From: a virus
Virus record (IMG/VR): IMGVR_UViG_3300050343_000110
Reading direction: 5' to 3' (one strand)
Length of the DNA: 64,000 bases
Position 1 is the stretch's first letter. Each line of letters starts with the position of its first letter. Made by a program: the position numbers and the translations under genes. The notes below the pieces were generated by a model. That model worked only from the letters and a program-made list of their open reading frames with translations, was not told where the DNA came from and searched no databases. This document shows positions 7,563-22,403 of this stretch, piece after piece.

Positions 7563-10500
7563 ATGGCTGGTAATAACCCATCTTTCAAAAATAAAGTATC
7601 TCCTCTCATTGATGGACAACTTCCTAATTTTGTTAGGGATGACCATCCACTATTCATAAACCTCTTAAAACATTACTATGAGTTTATGGAAGGGGCACAA
7701 CTATCTCTTGGTGGATTTAATGATTATATTATTCAAGAAACAAACTCTGTCAATTATGTTCTAGACCAGAACGGAGACAATATTGTTCTTGAAACATCTG
7801 TGGCAAAGTTTGTTACAGGAGAAACTATTGTTGGTGATACTTCAAAGAGTAGTGCAAAGATTATTGTAGATGATTATGATGCTAGTAAAAAGATTTACAT
7901 CACATCACAACAAAGATTCAATTTTGGGGAAAAGGTTACTGGACAAACTTCTGGTGCAAGTGCAGTAGTTACTGACTACAAAGCAAACCCCATACAAAAT
8001 ATTCAACAACTTCTTGCATATGCAGATGTTGATAATACCGTATACAAATTCCTTGATAAGTTTAAAGAATCAATTCTTCGTTCTATACCAGAGACAGTCG
8101 CAGAAGGTATAAGTATCAAAGAAACCTTATTAAGAATATTAAAGATTTGTATGAGGCAAAAGGAACTGAAGATGGTCATAGACTATTCTTTAGAATTCTT
8201 TTTGATGAGGAATCTGAATTTCCTATACCCAAGGGAGAGTATGCTCAGAACATCTGACGGTCAATGGTCAGATGATTTTGTTATGAGGGTTCTTGAAATT
8301 GGAACATCTGATTTCAGTGAACTTATTGGACAAACAATTACTGGACAAACATCTGGTGCAACAGCCATTGTATCATCTCTTGTTAAGTTTAAGAGTGGAA
8401 CAACACTTGTCACAGAACTCAATCTAGATCAAACTACTATTAATGGAACATTTGTAATCGGTGAGGTTATAAAAGGTATATCCACAGAACTTGACTTAGA
8501 GATTAGTGCAACACTGTCTGGTATTGTTGGTGAGGTGACTATTACCGATGGCCCTGCCATGATGATGGACATGGATGGGTATGGTATTAAAGGTGGACAA
8601 TATTACGAGGTTGGTGACACAGTTACATTTGAAAAGCTAGGAACAATTGGTGTTCGTGGACAGGTTAGCAGAGTTGGCGCTGGTAGTATTGATGAGATAT
8701 ACATTGCCAATCGTGGTACTGGTTATAATGAAGGTGATGTAATCGCTATCGAAAATGCAAACACAAATGGTGTTGGCGCTGCAGCAAAGCTTGCAGTTGT
8801 TGGTGGTTCATTCCTCTTAGAACCTTTTACTGCTCCAGATAGTGTGGTTCAGAACTGTACTGACGTACATGACTTGGTTGTAGACCATGCAAGTCAGATT
8901 GACTTAGAAGATGCAAGCATAACAACCAAGTATCTACAACTTGAAGATGGTACTGGCTCAATAGTACAGGAAGATGGAACACTAGTAACAACAAGTCATC
9001 GCTCTCAATTATTAATTGTAGAAGAACCTGACTCTCAGGATATTAGTTATCAGGGTGAAGCACTTATACTTGAAGATGGGAAATCAACTTCTTAGAGAAG
9101 AGACTAACGAATTCAATATCGGTATGGAACAAGATACTGATGGTGTGACTAAACTTCTCCTTGAGAATGGGGATGATATTATTATTGAAACACAAACCTT
9201 TACAGATTTGGGAGTTGCGGCAGAGGCTGGACAAATCACAAAGGTTACAATTCTTGACGATGGTAATGGATACACATCTCTCCCAGCAATCAGTGTTACA
9301 AGATTCAGCTGCGAATCCTTCAGCAACTAATGCAGTGTTGGTTGGAATATCTCATAGTGGAGTGGGTAGTGTAAAGGATGTTTCTATAACAAACTATGGT
9401 TTGGAATACACTGGAGCTCCAAAGGTTACATTCAATAAAAAGATTATTATTGCAAATCCAACAGGTAACTATACTGTCGGTGATACTCTTACCTCATTCA
9501 CTGGAACAGTTGTTGATTGGAATGCAGATACTAACCTTCTTGAACTAGAAACAACTGTAGAAGATTTTGTTTTAGGGGATATCATTACTTCAATTGGCGG
9601 TATCACTGGAACAGTTGTACAGGAAATGGGAGCGTTCGGTTCTACAACCCTAGAACCAGTTGTTCGTTCTGATGGTTCATTCATAACTGATAGAGGTAAA
9701 ATATCAGAAGATACGATGAGAGTTCAAGACTCCCTCTACTATCAAGACTATTCATATGTTGTTCGTATTGGACAGTCTATTAACCAGTGGAGAGAGAGTA
9801 TTAGAAACTCTGTGCATCCTGCTGGTTGGAATGTCTTTGGTGAGGTTTCTTTTGCAACAAGTCTTGCACAAGCACAAGCAAACTCATTAAGAATTCAAGT
9901 ACCTACTGCTGGTGATGTTCAAGACTTTACTGCTGATACTGATACATTCACACCAGAACTTGCATCTACTCTCACAAACCTTTTCACTTCTATATTTGGT
10001 AGAAGGTTAGGTACAACTACAGACGGAACAACTGTTGTCTCTACACCACTCAAAGGATACTCTGATATTTCTGATGTTCCAAGTGGTAGAGAAGTGACAC
10101 TAACCTCTACTGTTTCTGTAACAATCGGAACAGGAAACAATATTGGAAAACAACAAACCGTCTTGGGCCCAACACTTGACTTGTTACCTAAGTATGCGTT
10201 TGCAGTTCCACCTGTATTAGATGACGGACAGATACCAAACTATCCTGGCATCTATCGTAATCCAAGAGCTGGACACAATAGTGGTGCATACTTTACTATT
10301 GACCAATTTGGACAGTATCCAATTAATCATGTGTCAACGAGGTTTGGTACATTAGATAGCTTTGATGATACTACTCAAACTTTTGATTCAAATACTACAT
10401 CATTTGATGATAATGATATTGTTATTCCACCAATCGCATTTAAGACTAGGATTAATGTTCCACCGCCTGGCGAAATAAAAGTAACTCGTGGAACACTTAT

Positions 10501-10736
10501 CAATGCGTTTAGATCAAAACTTTATTACATTTGATAATGCAAATAACACATATGATGAGGACGGAACTCAGGGAACTTATGGTACACATAACGCATCATT
10601 TGATGATGCCACTGGAAGTGGTGGTACTTTTGACTCAGGAACAATAACTTTTGATACGGCTCCATCTCAGAAATCATTTGATACTAACCTAATTTCATTC
10701 GATTCAAGTACAAATACACTTGACGAAACCTTATAA
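7563..10736 (+). CDS. baseplate wedge initiator gp7-like (several frameshifts)
   Basis: Between gp6 and gp8; alternative frame near 8120-8220 gives LIKNIKDLYEAKGT; QDSLYYQDYSYV and VHPAGW motifs. Confidence 0.75.
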
Positions 10737-10770
10737 ATAACATTAGAATATATCTACTAGGAGATAAGAA

Positions 10771-11590
10771 ATGGCAAAAGCAGCAATCGGCGTAGGCTCA
10801 TCAGCAAACGATGGTACAGGAGATGACCCTTCGTTCTGGTGCAGTTAAAATTAACGCCAACTTTACAGAACTCTATACTGAATTGGGTGACGGCACTAAC
10901 TTGCAAACTACATCCAAAACTCAAACACTTACAAATAAAACTTTAACAGCACCTTCTATTAATGGTGTCGTTGGTGGAACTCAAACTTCAGCAACAATCA
11001 CCACACTTACAACTGGTGGAATTACTGGAACTGGTGGTGCATTAGAGATTACCGCTGACAACAACATTGTTGAGTTCAGAGGTGATGGTACAAACAGTGG
11101 TACTGTTGGAACAATACAGTTAAATTGTAGTGCAAACTCACATGGACAAAAAATTCAATCTCAGCCACATAGTGCCAATGTAACAAATACAATGACACTT
11201 CCTGCTGGCGCAAGTTCTACATTAGTAAGTTTGGTATCTGCTGATACACTTACTAACAAGACTTTGACTGCACCTACTATTACTGGTGCCGGTGCAATCG
11301 CTGGTGTGTTCACTGGTAACATCACTGGTAACGTAACTGGTAATGTGACAGGAAACGTAACTGGAACAGTTGACGGTGTTGTTGGTGGTAACACTCCTGC
11401 CGCAATTACAGGTACAGCCATTAGTGGAACATCTATTGCCGTTACTGGTACTGCTGGTGCAATGACACTGAACACAGTTACAACAACACAACGTAATGCG
11501 TTGACTGCTGCTGTTGGAATGATAGTATACAATAGTACTACAAGTAAAATCGAAGCATACGCTGGTAGTGCTTGGGTACAATTACACTAA
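10771..11590 (+). CDS. gp9/gp10-like baseplate-fibre connector (frameshift ~10828)
   Basis: MAKAAIGVGSSANDGTGD..LRSGAVKINANFTELY N-terminus; TLTNKTLT and GNVT repeats. Confidence 0.75.
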
Positions 11591-11603
11591 AGGATAATTA
11601 ACA

Positions 11604-12801
11604 ATGGCGATTGATAGAATTAGTGCAAAGGGTCTTTTGGATGGCGGTATTTCTACAGCAGATATTGCTGATGGAGCGGTGACTGCTGTAAAACTAGATG
11701 CGGCCGCAGTAACACCTGCCGCAGTATCGGATACTGCAAACACATCCACTGGTGCATTTGATATTCCATCAGGAACAACTGCACAACGGCCCACTAGTGG
11801 AATTAGTTCTGGTTATACAAGATATAATACTACAGAAAATTGGGTTGAAGTTTATACTGGAAGTGCATGGGAAGTTGTTGGAGATCTAAACCTCTAAGAT
11901 TGAGGCAGAATACTTAGTAGTTGGTGGAGGCGGGCCTGGCGCATCAGCTGGTGGTGGCGCCGGTGGTGTTTTACATAATTATGGTGCATCTAAACCTCTC
12001 TTACTTGACTCAGGCAGTACCTATACTGCAACAATAGGTGCCGGTGGTACTGGGAACAGTCTATAACAATACACCAGTTGACGGAACTCAATCAAGTTTA
12101 ACTGGTATAAACATATCAGTAATTGCTGTTGGTGGAGGCGGTGGAGGACAGTTTCAAACTGGCGCCACCTCTACGTCTTTTGGTAGAGATGGTGGTTCTG
12201 GTGGAGGCGGTGGTTGGTTCTCAACACGCTAGTACTGGTGGTGCTGGAACTGCTGGGCAAGGTAATGCTGGTGGTTCAACAGGTGGAATAACAGGATATC
12301 AAACAAATGGCGGAGGCGGCAAAGGTGCTGTCGGTGGAACACAGAGTGGTAACAATTCTGGTAACGGTGGCGCTGGACTTCAAATAAACATTGATGGTGC
12401 TAATCACTATTATGCTGGCGGTGGCGGCGGTGGTGCTCAAGGTGGTAGTAAGGTTACTGGAAGCGGTGGCATCGGCGGTGGAGGCGCTGGCGGTGGATAC
12501 AATGCAACAGGTGGCGCTGGTACAGGAGGCGGTTCTGCAAAGAACGCTGGGTGGAAATGGTACAATTACCAATGTAACAAGTGCTGTTCAAGCTGGTGGG
12601 ACACGGTGGTGCAAACACTGGTGGCGGTGGTGGTGGCGATGGCCAAACTGTCAACGTGCCAGGCAATGGTGGTTCTGGTATTGTTATCGTTAGATTGCCT
12701 ACAGCAGATTATTCATCCACAGTAGGTGGAACAGCAACAACTAGTGGATATCGGACACGATAGTAACATTTACTTCGTCTGGAACATTCACAACTGCATA
12801 G
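11604..12801 (+). CDS. glycine-rich fibre/adhesin protein (frameshifted)
   Basis: PSGTTAQRP motif, then GGGGG-rich domain ending GGSGIVIVR. Confidence 0.7.
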
Positions 12802-12814
12802 GAAATAATATAAA

Positions 12815-13193
12815 ATGGCACATTTTGCAAAAGTACAAAACGGAAAAGTAATTGAAGTCCTAGTTGCGTCACAGGATTTTATTGATAATTATCAAGACAA
12901 TCGCCCAGGCAGATGGGTTCAAGCCTCATACAATACTCGTGGTGGAGTTCACTACGACCCAGAAACTGGAGAACAAAGCAAAGAATCAAAGTAAAGCACT
13001 TAGAAAGAACTTTGCTACTATCGGTGGATTGTTTGATGTCAGTGAAGATGCTTTTTATTTACCACAACCATATCCTTCTTGGACATTAAATAAAACTTCA
13101 TACTTATGGGAGCCCCCTGTGGAAAGACCAAAAGATGACAAGGTATATAACTGGAATGAAGAAACTCAAAAATGGGTTGAGATAACCGAATAA
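12815..13193 (+). CDS. small partner protein of the Gly-rich fibre (frameshifted)
   Basis: MAHFAKV...LRKNFA...PQPYPSWTLN...WEPPV; paralog at 24623. Confidence 0.7.
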
Positions 13194-13214
13194 ATAAGAT
13201 TATAGGAAAAAACA

Positions 13215-14733
13215 ATGGCAGCGATTATTACAGAAAAATTTAGACAACACAATGCAGATCAGTTCTTTGAGTCATTCTCTGAAGCTGCTGCAAATAACTA
13301 TTATTTGTTTATTGGCAAGACTTCACCGTTTACCACTGGAACAACTGGTGGTTCAGACACAACTCCCCCAACACCTGTAGATACAATTACACTTGATAAC
13401 TATAAGTGGGATTCAATGATTGCTGCCAAAAGCATTGGAACTACTGATGTTACTTATGTAATACCAAGAAGAAATTATGTAGAAGGTGCAACTTATGATA
13501 TGTATGAACATAACATTAGTTCTTCTAATGCTACTACCTCTGGTGCAACAAATCTTTTTGACTCAACACACTACTTCGTTACTGATGAGTTTAAAGTTTA
13601 TAAAGTTCTAGACAATAACGGTGGACAAGCAATTACTGCTGGTGCAACTGGCCCAACGTCAACTGCCTCAGACCCCTTCTTCTCTGGCAACTATTATCTT
13701 CAGTATATGTACACACTATCCACATCACAGATTCAAAAGTTTGTAACAACAGACTTTGTTCCAGTAGTTGCGAACTCAACTGTTGTAGGTGATGTTCAAA
13801 CAAACTCTGGTGATACTGCTCCATTTAATGGAGCTCCAGTTAATGTAATAAAAGTAACTGGTGGTTCTGGATATACTAACGGAACATTCTATGCTCCTAT
13901 TCGTGGAGATGGAACAGGTGGTGTCGTAAAGATTCACGTTTCTGGTGGAGAGATTCAAAAGTTCGGAAACACTGTCAACAACTCACAGATTGAAAATGCT
14001 GGTTCTGGTTATACATACGGTATAGTAGATTTAACAAATGATATCTTCACTACATATTCTAGTAACACACTATCAAATGCATCTTCACTTGGTTCAGGAA
14101 GTAATGGTGTGATAACCCCAATAATTTCTCCAAGAGTTGGACACGGACATGATCCAATTGGAGAACTTGGTGGCCACTACATTATGTTGAATGCAAAACT
14201 AGAACAAGCCGAAGGTGATGATTTTGCTGTAGGAAATGACTTTAGAGAAGTAGGACTGTTAGTTGATCCTGGCCAATTTGGTAGTGCAAATGCTGCTACT
14301 ACCACAACTGCAAGACAAACATATGCCGTTGCATTCTCTTCTTCATCTGCAACATTTGAACCTGATGAAAGAATTACACAATCAACAACTGGTGCAGTAG
14401 GTAGAGTTGTTGAGTATGATGCAACAAGAAAAATACTTTACTATCTACAAGAAAGATTTGAGACATACGGTGTAAACGCAAGTGGAGATTATGTTGCTTT
14501 TACTGGAACAGGTGATATCGTTGGTGCGACATCTAGTTCTACTGGTGTTCCAGCCCAACCAAGTGGTGGAAGTATAACTCTCGCCGGCGGTAATTCAATA
14601 ACATTTAATGGTGGATATGCAAATCCAGAATTACAACCAGACAGTGGAAATATTATCTATGTGGAAAACAGACGGCCGATTTCTCGTGCGTCTGACCCAA
14701 ACAGAAGATATTAAAGTTGTCGTAGAATTCTAA
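13215..14733 (+). CDS. gp8: baseplate wedge protein gp8 (frameshift near end)
   Basis: MAAIITEKFR...; C-terminal SGNIIYVENRRPISRASD(Q)TEDIKVVVEF. Confidence 0.85.
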
Positions 14734-14754
14734 TTTGAGATAAGGTGTATATAA

Positions 14755-17700
14755 ATGGCTGAAACGCTAACAAACTTCAACGTCACTCCATATAATGACG
14801 ATTACGCAACTACGAAAAATTTTCATCGTGTTATGTTTCGTCCAAGTTTCGCTGTGCAAGCAAGAGAGCTTACACAGTTGCAAACTATTCTACAGGAGCA
14901 GATTAATAAAATAGGTTCACACATTTTTGAACAGGGTTCTATGGTAATCCCTGGCGATATCAATGTTGATATGTTCTATGACTATATTCAATTAGAGTCA
15001 ACATTTAATGCGGCGACAGTAGAAACATACAGAACTGAATTTCAAGATAAGATAATTGAATCCACAACAACAGGATTGAAGGCAAGAGTTATTACAACAA
15101 TTGCAGCGACTGATACTGACCCCTCTTACTCTTTATATTAAGTATGAGAACACTGGTAATGATGGTGTTACTAAGACATTTGGTGTTAGTGAAACAATCA
15201 TATCTACCAATGCAAATAATACTACGACTACAAACTTCAAACTTACAACAAATCAAACTACAGAGCGTTCTGCACAAATTGGTTCTTCTTCCACATCTAT
15301 TGGAATAGGTTCGGCCGTTCTGGTTCATGCAGGCGTTTACTTCGTAAACGGTTTCTTTGTAGAAAATACAGAACAAATTATTATACTTGAGAAATATTCA
15401 AACCGTCCGTCATTTCGTATTGGATGGGAAATTGGAGAAACATTCGTAACACCAGAAGATGATCCTTCTCTTCTTGACAATGCACAAGGTTCATCAAATG
15501 TTAATGCTCCTGGCGCTCACAGATTTAAGATGTCTCTTACTCTTGTTAAGAAAACTTTAGATGCAACTGATGATACAGACTTCATCGAACTCGCTCGGAT
15601 TGACAGAGGTAATATTCAAAAGTTTGTTAAGTATGCTGATTACTCACAACTAGAACACACACTTGCTCGTAGAACATTTGATGAAAGTGGTAACTATGAA
15701 GTGCGTCCTTTTAAACTTGAAAAGAGAGAACACCTTAATGATGGAACAAACAGAGGTGTGTTCCTTTCTACTGGTGGTGGTTTAGAATCTAAAGTTGCAT
15801 ATTCAATTGAGCCCGGCAAGGCATATGTTGAAGGTTATGAATTAGAGACAATGGGTTCACAGATTGTTCCTGTAGATAAACCAAGAACTTTCGATAGAGA
15901 AGTTGATAGACCAGTTCAAACACCTGTTGGAAATTTTCAACTTGTAGAAAATGTAAAGAATATTCCGAATATCAATGCATTTGAAGAAGTTGCATTGTAT
16001 GATGACTTGGGTGGACAGCCTGGCGGTGGTACTCAAGTAGGTACTGCCAGAGTTCGTGCGTTCTCTTTGCACGATGGTGATTACACTTCGACTGCGGCAA
16101 CTGTCAAATTTAAACTTGGCCTCTTCGATATTAATATGAATACAGGTAAAGATTATGATAGGGATGTAAAGTCTTTTGATGGTGCAAACTTTCTTGCAGA
16201 TGTAAGTCCTACACAATCATCACTCTTTGGTACAGCCTCAGTTGCTGGTTCTGGTTCTGGAACACAAGCGATTACTGGTGTAGGAACTTTATTTAATACT
16301 GAATTAAAAACTGGTGATTACATTTTCCTAAATGGAACAAGACTTGGGCCGATTACTGTCACAAACAATTTGACGGCAAGTGTTACATATACTGGTGCCG
16401 CAATCGCTGGTGGACAAATCAAAAGATTTAATGCAAAGATTGAAGAAGCAGATAATAAGTCTCTTGTCTTTGACTCAAACTTTTTCAGACTTAGAAAAGT
16501 TAGAGGTGACTCTACTTCAAATCCAGATAACGAACAATCTACATCATATACTTTAAGAAGGCAGTTCACGCCAGTGCAAGTTTCTGGTGCCGGTGTTGCT
16601 CAGTTCAGTGTGACAGATAATGAATCTTTTGCATCTGGTTCAAACTTACAAAACTATACTCTTGTTATTACTGCAAGTTCTAACGCATCTACTGTAGGTA
16701 GAGTTCTTCCAATTAGGACAAGCGATATTACTGTCTCAGGTGGTGGACTAACTGTTAGTTTTGCAAACCTTACTAGTCTTTCGGCTGCAGCTGCATCTGG
16801 CGACTTTGTTGGTCTGATAGCATCTGTTGATGTAAGTTCAACTGCAGCGACTGAAAAAACTAAAACTCTTCTTGAAAATCAAACCGTAGAAATTACAACA
16901 TCTGCTGCAACTGCATTAACGAATGTTACATTAGGTAAGGCAGATGGATTTAAACTTCGTTCTGTAAAAATGGCAACAGCGTTTGGTACATATAGTACAA
17001 CAAATCAGATTGATATTACAAACAGATACACATTTGATACTGGTATGAGAGATGCATTTTATGGACTTGCATCAATTAGACTTAAGCCAGGCCAACCTGT
17101 TCCTACAGGTTCTATTCGTGTGGCATTTGATTTCTTCACACATGGTGCCGGTGACTACTTCTCAGTAGATTCATATACTGGACAAGTTACTTATGAAGAA
17201 ATTCCAACATACATTTCAAAGGATAATGGTTCATCACTAGAACTACGAGATTGTTTTGACTTCAGACCTCGTGTAGATGATACTGGATCATTCTCTGGTG
17301 CAACTGCATCTATAACAGAACTTCCATTTGTTGGTACAAATGTTTCTGCTGACTTCTCATTCTTCTTAGGAAGAAAAGATTTAGTATTCATGGATAGACT
17401 TGGAAAGTTTAATGTAATAACAGGTGTTCCTTCACTTAATCCTACAACTCCACAGGCTCCTGAGACTGGCATGGTTCTTTTTGAAACAACCATGTCTCCA
17501 TACGTTATTGGACTAGATGAAATCAATATTAGAAAACTCGATAATCGTAGGTATACGATGAGAGACATTGGTAAACTTGACAAAAGAATTACCAACCTAG
17601 AATATTATACTTCACTCAATCTTCTAGAGAAAGAAGCCGCATCACTTGTATTAAAAGATAGTGATGGAAATGATAGACTTAAAAATGGTTTCATAGTAGA

Positions 17701-20700
17701 TAACTTTACAGGACACGCAATCGGTGATTACGAAAGTCCAGATTATAAAGTCGCTGTCGATTTCCAAAAACGTCTTGCTCGTCCAATGGCATTCTCTGAT
17801 AACGCCACTATGATTGAAACTCTCTCCACTGCATCTGCAAGAGCTTCTTCTGGTTATAGAAAACATGAAGATGGTATCATAACTCTTCCATATTCAGAAG
17901 TTACATATATTCAAAACCCATATGCAACAGATAGTTTCGATGTAAACCCATACAAGGTTGCACCATTTACTGGTGAGATGGTACTTGTTCCATATTCAGA
18001 TGACTGGCAAGATGTAACTCGCCGCCCTGATGTTGTTGTAGATGATGACAATAACTTTGATGTTATCAATCGTCTTGCAGAAGAGATGGGTGTAACTGGT
18101 ACAGTTTGGAACTCATGGCAGAACTCTTGGTTTGGTGAAAGACAATGGACAGGAACACAAAGTTCATCTAGTACTCAAAGTATATTACAAGGTGATGGTA
18201 TTGCAACCATAAGAACAACGACAACAAGAAGAACAGGTACACAACAAGTAGGACAAACTCGTTCTGGTATTGAAACCTCTATTCAATCTTCAGTTGATTC
18301 ACATAACATGGGTGATAGAATTGTTGGTATCAACATGATACCATTCATGCGTTCAAGACCTGTTAGTGTTGTAGTTGCAAATATGCGTCCTAATACAAAA
18401 ATGTTTGCATACTTTGATAATGAAAATGTAACAGACTTCTTCCGTCCAGACGATGTATTCACAGTTACTTCTGGTTCAAGAGCAAACTTTGATTTTAATA
18501 GTACAGAACTCCCTGGCCCAGAAACTTCTACTGATGCCGCAAGACAATTTAACGGTGAGGCAGTACAGGCATTTGGATTTGGTGATATCATTAAAAACCA
18601 AACACATACTGCAACTGCTGTATCAGGTGTTGTAAAGAACAATGATACTACTGCAACAATTACTCTTGCAAGTGTTTCTGGTATTGCAGTTGGACATCAT
18701 GTACAGTTTAGTAGTATTGGTGGTTCAACAAGATTAAACTTTAGAACATCTAGAAACAATAACTATATTGTAACTGGTGTAAGTGGAAGCACAATAACTA
18801 TTCAAGAACTTGATGGTAGTGCATTAGGTACTATTGGTTCATATTCATCTGGTGGTTCTTGTCAGAGACTTCAAGCCTCTGCCCATGTTACTGGACAGAA
18901 TGCAACTGCAACTGCAACAGAACTTCCTGTAGATATTAGAGTAAGTAATGTACAAAATGGATTTGCAATAAGCGATAACCTTTCTGGTTCTGTTCCAAGA
19001 ACAACTGATGGCGGTACGAACCTTTGTCAAATTACAACTATTAACGGTTCAACTTCAACTACAACCGTTCCCTCTATGAAGGTAAATACTAGCGATATTG
19101 TCACAGATGGTAGTGGCAAAATTACTGGTGTGTTTACAATTCCTAACAGCGATTCTTTAAGATTTAGAACTGGTGAAAGAGTTTTAAGACTTATTGATAA
19201 TATCAATAATAATCCAGAGATTGGGCTACACTCATCAAAGGCTGAAAAGATTTATTCTGCAACAGGTATTGCAGAAGAAAGAGAACAGACTATTCTTAAC
19301 GTAAGAAGAGCAGAGTTTGTTCGTGATAGAGTACAGGATAGTCGTGTTATCTCTCGTGATGTTCGTGGTGCAGCATCTACAAGGTCACAACAAATTGGAT
19401 TCCAACAATTGTCACAGGGTGATGGTGGCGATGGCGGTGACGGTGGCAATGGTGGTCAACATGATCCACTAGGACAGACATTTATTTCAGAAGGTATTAA
19501 TGGTGCATTTGTAACTTCTATTGACTTGTTCTTCTCAACTCGTGGTACACGCCCAGTGTATGTACAACTTGTAAACGCAGTTGATGGACACCCATCACTT
19601 AAAATTATTGCACAAAAAATTATAGATGCAAAAGATGTAAACGTATCAGATGATGCATCTGTTCCAACTAGATTTACATTCCCTTCTCCTGTTTATTTAA
19701 CAGATGATGTTGAATATGCATTTGTAATCAAAGTTGATGAGCCAGGATGTAGAGTATTCTTCTCAGAGGTTGGCCAAACTAACTTAACTGATAATCGTAT
19801 TGTCTCTTCCAATCCACTGACAGGAACATTGTTCTTATCACAGAATGGACAGGCTTGGACTCCACACCAATATAGAGATGTTAAGTTTAATCTCAATCGT
19901 GCAGATTTCCAAACTACTGCAACTGGAAATCCAGTGTTTGTAAACACTGCTCTTCCAAAGAGAGAACTGAAAGCAAACCCATTCCAGTGTGCAGCTGGAA
20001 CAAATAAAGTTCGTGTACATCACATGAATCATGGATTTACAGACGCAGATAAAGTTACCTTTAGTGGTGTTGAAGATGGTTTCTATGGAGCAAACTCAAC
20101 AACTCAAGGTATAGATTCTGATGCACTGAATAAACAACACAGTGTTTCTGAAGTTACAATTGATAGTTATGTAATCACTCTTGACAATGCTGATATTACA
20201 GGAAGCAATTCAGTTCTTGGTAATGACTTCTTCGGTGGAAGTGGTGTTAAGGCAACTATGAATTTGGCTGGTGATATTATTCAACCTTCAATTTCACAAT
20301 TGAGTTTCCCTGATACATCTCTCGTATATCGTTACACTGGAATGTCTAGTGGTTACTCTAAACAGTCAGTTAGAACTGTTCAAGAAAATGATAATTATTA
20401 TCCATCACTAAGAAATATTATTGCATCTGAAGAAAATGCAGTAGTTAAATTGACAGGTGGTAGAGCAAATAATATTATCAGTGGTACGTCTGCAAAACTA
20501 GAAGCAATTATGACAACGCAGAACTCTTATCTTTCTCCTGTTATTGATACAGAAAGAGTTTCATTGTGTATGACTTCTAACAGAATTTCAAACTACACAA
20601 AATCGACAAAGAACGTAACAGAGATTGACGATAGAGCTCTGCCGGTATCCACAGGTGTTTCATTTTCTGGCAGTACAATATCTGCAACAGCAAGTGGAAC

Positions 20701-21259
20701 GATTAGAGCCGATATTCAAACTTTAGATATTGGTAAAGAAATAACTATATCTGGAAGTAGTAATAACAATAGAACATTTACTATTACTAGTGTTGCAACT
20801 GATGGTGCTAGTTTTACTGTATCACCTTCAACTACTTCGGAAAGTGCAGGCCAGTCTGTTATAATCACTCAACACGAAAACTATCTTGACGGCATCGCTC
20901 CAGAGGGAACTTCAAACGAAGCAAACTATCTTACAAAGAGGTTTACTCTTGCAAACCCAGCGACTGCACTGAAGATTTTATATGAAGCCAATCGTCCAGA
21001 ACCATCAATCTTGCAAATATATTATAAGATTGCTGAAGAGGGTGATCCTAGAAACTTTGACGATATTCCATATGTATTATCTAATACTGACGTAACTGAT
21101 AATCCAGATGAAAATAGAGAGTTGTTTAGAGAAAGAGAACATACCATTTCTGGACTAAATGCATTCTCTACTGCGGCCGTAAAGTTTGAGTTTAAATCTA
21201 CTTCGACTGTAGAAGTTCCAAAGATTAAAAACCTTAGAGTATTGGCACTTGCACTATGA
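14755..21259 (+). CDS. giant virion structural protein, VrlC/DUF4815-like (frameshift ~15122)
   Basis: PYNDDY..FHRVMFRP..VQARELTQLQ; APGAHRFK; RYTMRDIGKL; DPLGQTF; VPKIKNLRVLAL. Confidence 0.85.
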
Positions 21260-21480
21260 CGCATATTAAAGTAGAAGGACACAGTGAATATGCAAGAGAA
21301 GAAAAGTCTCATGCAATAATTAATACTGATACGTCAAATTATACTAGTTATATGAAGATGATGGAAAATAAAAAGAAACAAAAGGATCAATTGAGAGATG
21401 CAGTTAGAGAGATAAATACTTTAAAGTGTGAAATGCACGAAATCAAATCTCTATTGATGCAACTAATGGATAGGAAATAA
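21256..21480 (+). CDS. hypothetical coiled-coil protein
   Basis: Overlaps the upstream stop; EINTLKCEMHEIKSLL heptads. Confidence 0.75.
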   Translation: MTHIKVEGHSEYAREEKSHAIINTDTSNYTSYMKMMENKKKQKDQLRDAVREINTLKCEMHEIKSLLMQLMDRK

Positions 21481-22019
21481 TGGCAGACCGTAACGCACCA
21501 GCTACCTTTACATTTGAAGAGTGGAGAGTAGAATTTAATGAACTCGCAGTTGATGTCGGTGATATCAGCAATCTACCTACTTCTATTAATGGACAAGCAG
21601 TAACAGATGTTATTGAAGCAATTAAAGAATTGGAATCAGGACTCAGTTCTGTTCTCTTTCCTACGGTAATTGACTTTGATGATTCTACAGGTGCGGCTAG
21701 TGAAAGAATCAAATTTGGACTCCATGACGATTTGCAAATCTACCATGATAGTAATAACTCACAGGTTATTCATAATGGAACTGGTAATCTAAAGGTTGAT
21801 AGTAATAATAGAACTGAGGTTGATGCAACATCAGGTGTTGATATTCAGTTTAATGGAGCAACAAAACTTACATCATTAAATACTGGTGTAGGTATTAATG
21901 GTGCGCTTTCAGATTCAAGTGGAAGTGGAGCAATGACTGGCACATTGACATTTCCTACAATTGGTGGTAGAATAGCCACTGAAGGTTTTGGTATTGCTCT
22001 TGCTGTTGCATTAGGGTAA
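21480..22019 (+). CDS. virion structural/fibre protein ending in IALAVALG
   Basis: TFEEWRVEFNEL N-terminus; DDLQIYHD fibre motif. Confidence 0.7.
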   Translation: MADRNAPATFTFEEWRVEFNELAVDVGDISNLPTSINGQAVTDVIEAIKELESGLSSVLFPTVIDFDDSTGAASERIKFGLHDDLQIYHDSNNSQVIHNGTGNLKVDSNNRTEVDATSGVDIQFNGATKLTSLNTGVGINGALSDSSGSGAMTGTLTFPTIGGRIATEGFGIALAVALG

Positions 22020-22055
22020 TCATTATAAATAGATTAAACAAAGGAAGATAAAAGA

Positions 22056-22403
22056 ATGGCAAACAATTTTAAGAATGCATTTGCAACGAGTATATCCACA
22101 AACAGTGGTTCTCCTACAGATGTATATACTGCTAATGATGGTTCATCTGCCGTTAATTCAATTCTTATCGAACTTGATATTGCAAACACAGGAACTTCTG
22201 CTGTTCAAGTAACAGTTCTTGTAAGAGACAGTAGTGCTAGTGCAACATTTCATATTATTAAAAATGCACCTATCCCTGTTGGTTCAGCGCTTAAAGTTGT
22301 ATCAGGACAGAAGGTTGTGTTGAATGGTAATGACAAAATTCAAGTATATGCTTCTGCTGCAACTGTGGATGTGGTTGCATCAATTCTACAAGATGTCACA
22401 TAA
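22056..22403 (+). CDS. small beta-sandwich structural protein (MANxFKN family, copy 1)
   Basis: Paralog of 25645; late promoter at 22024. Confidence 0.75.
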   Translation: MANNFKNAFATSISTNSGSPTDVYTANDGSSAVNSILIELDIANTGTSAVQVTVLVRDSSASATFHIIKNAPIPVGSALKVVSGQKVVLNGNDKIQVYASAATVDVVASILQDVT

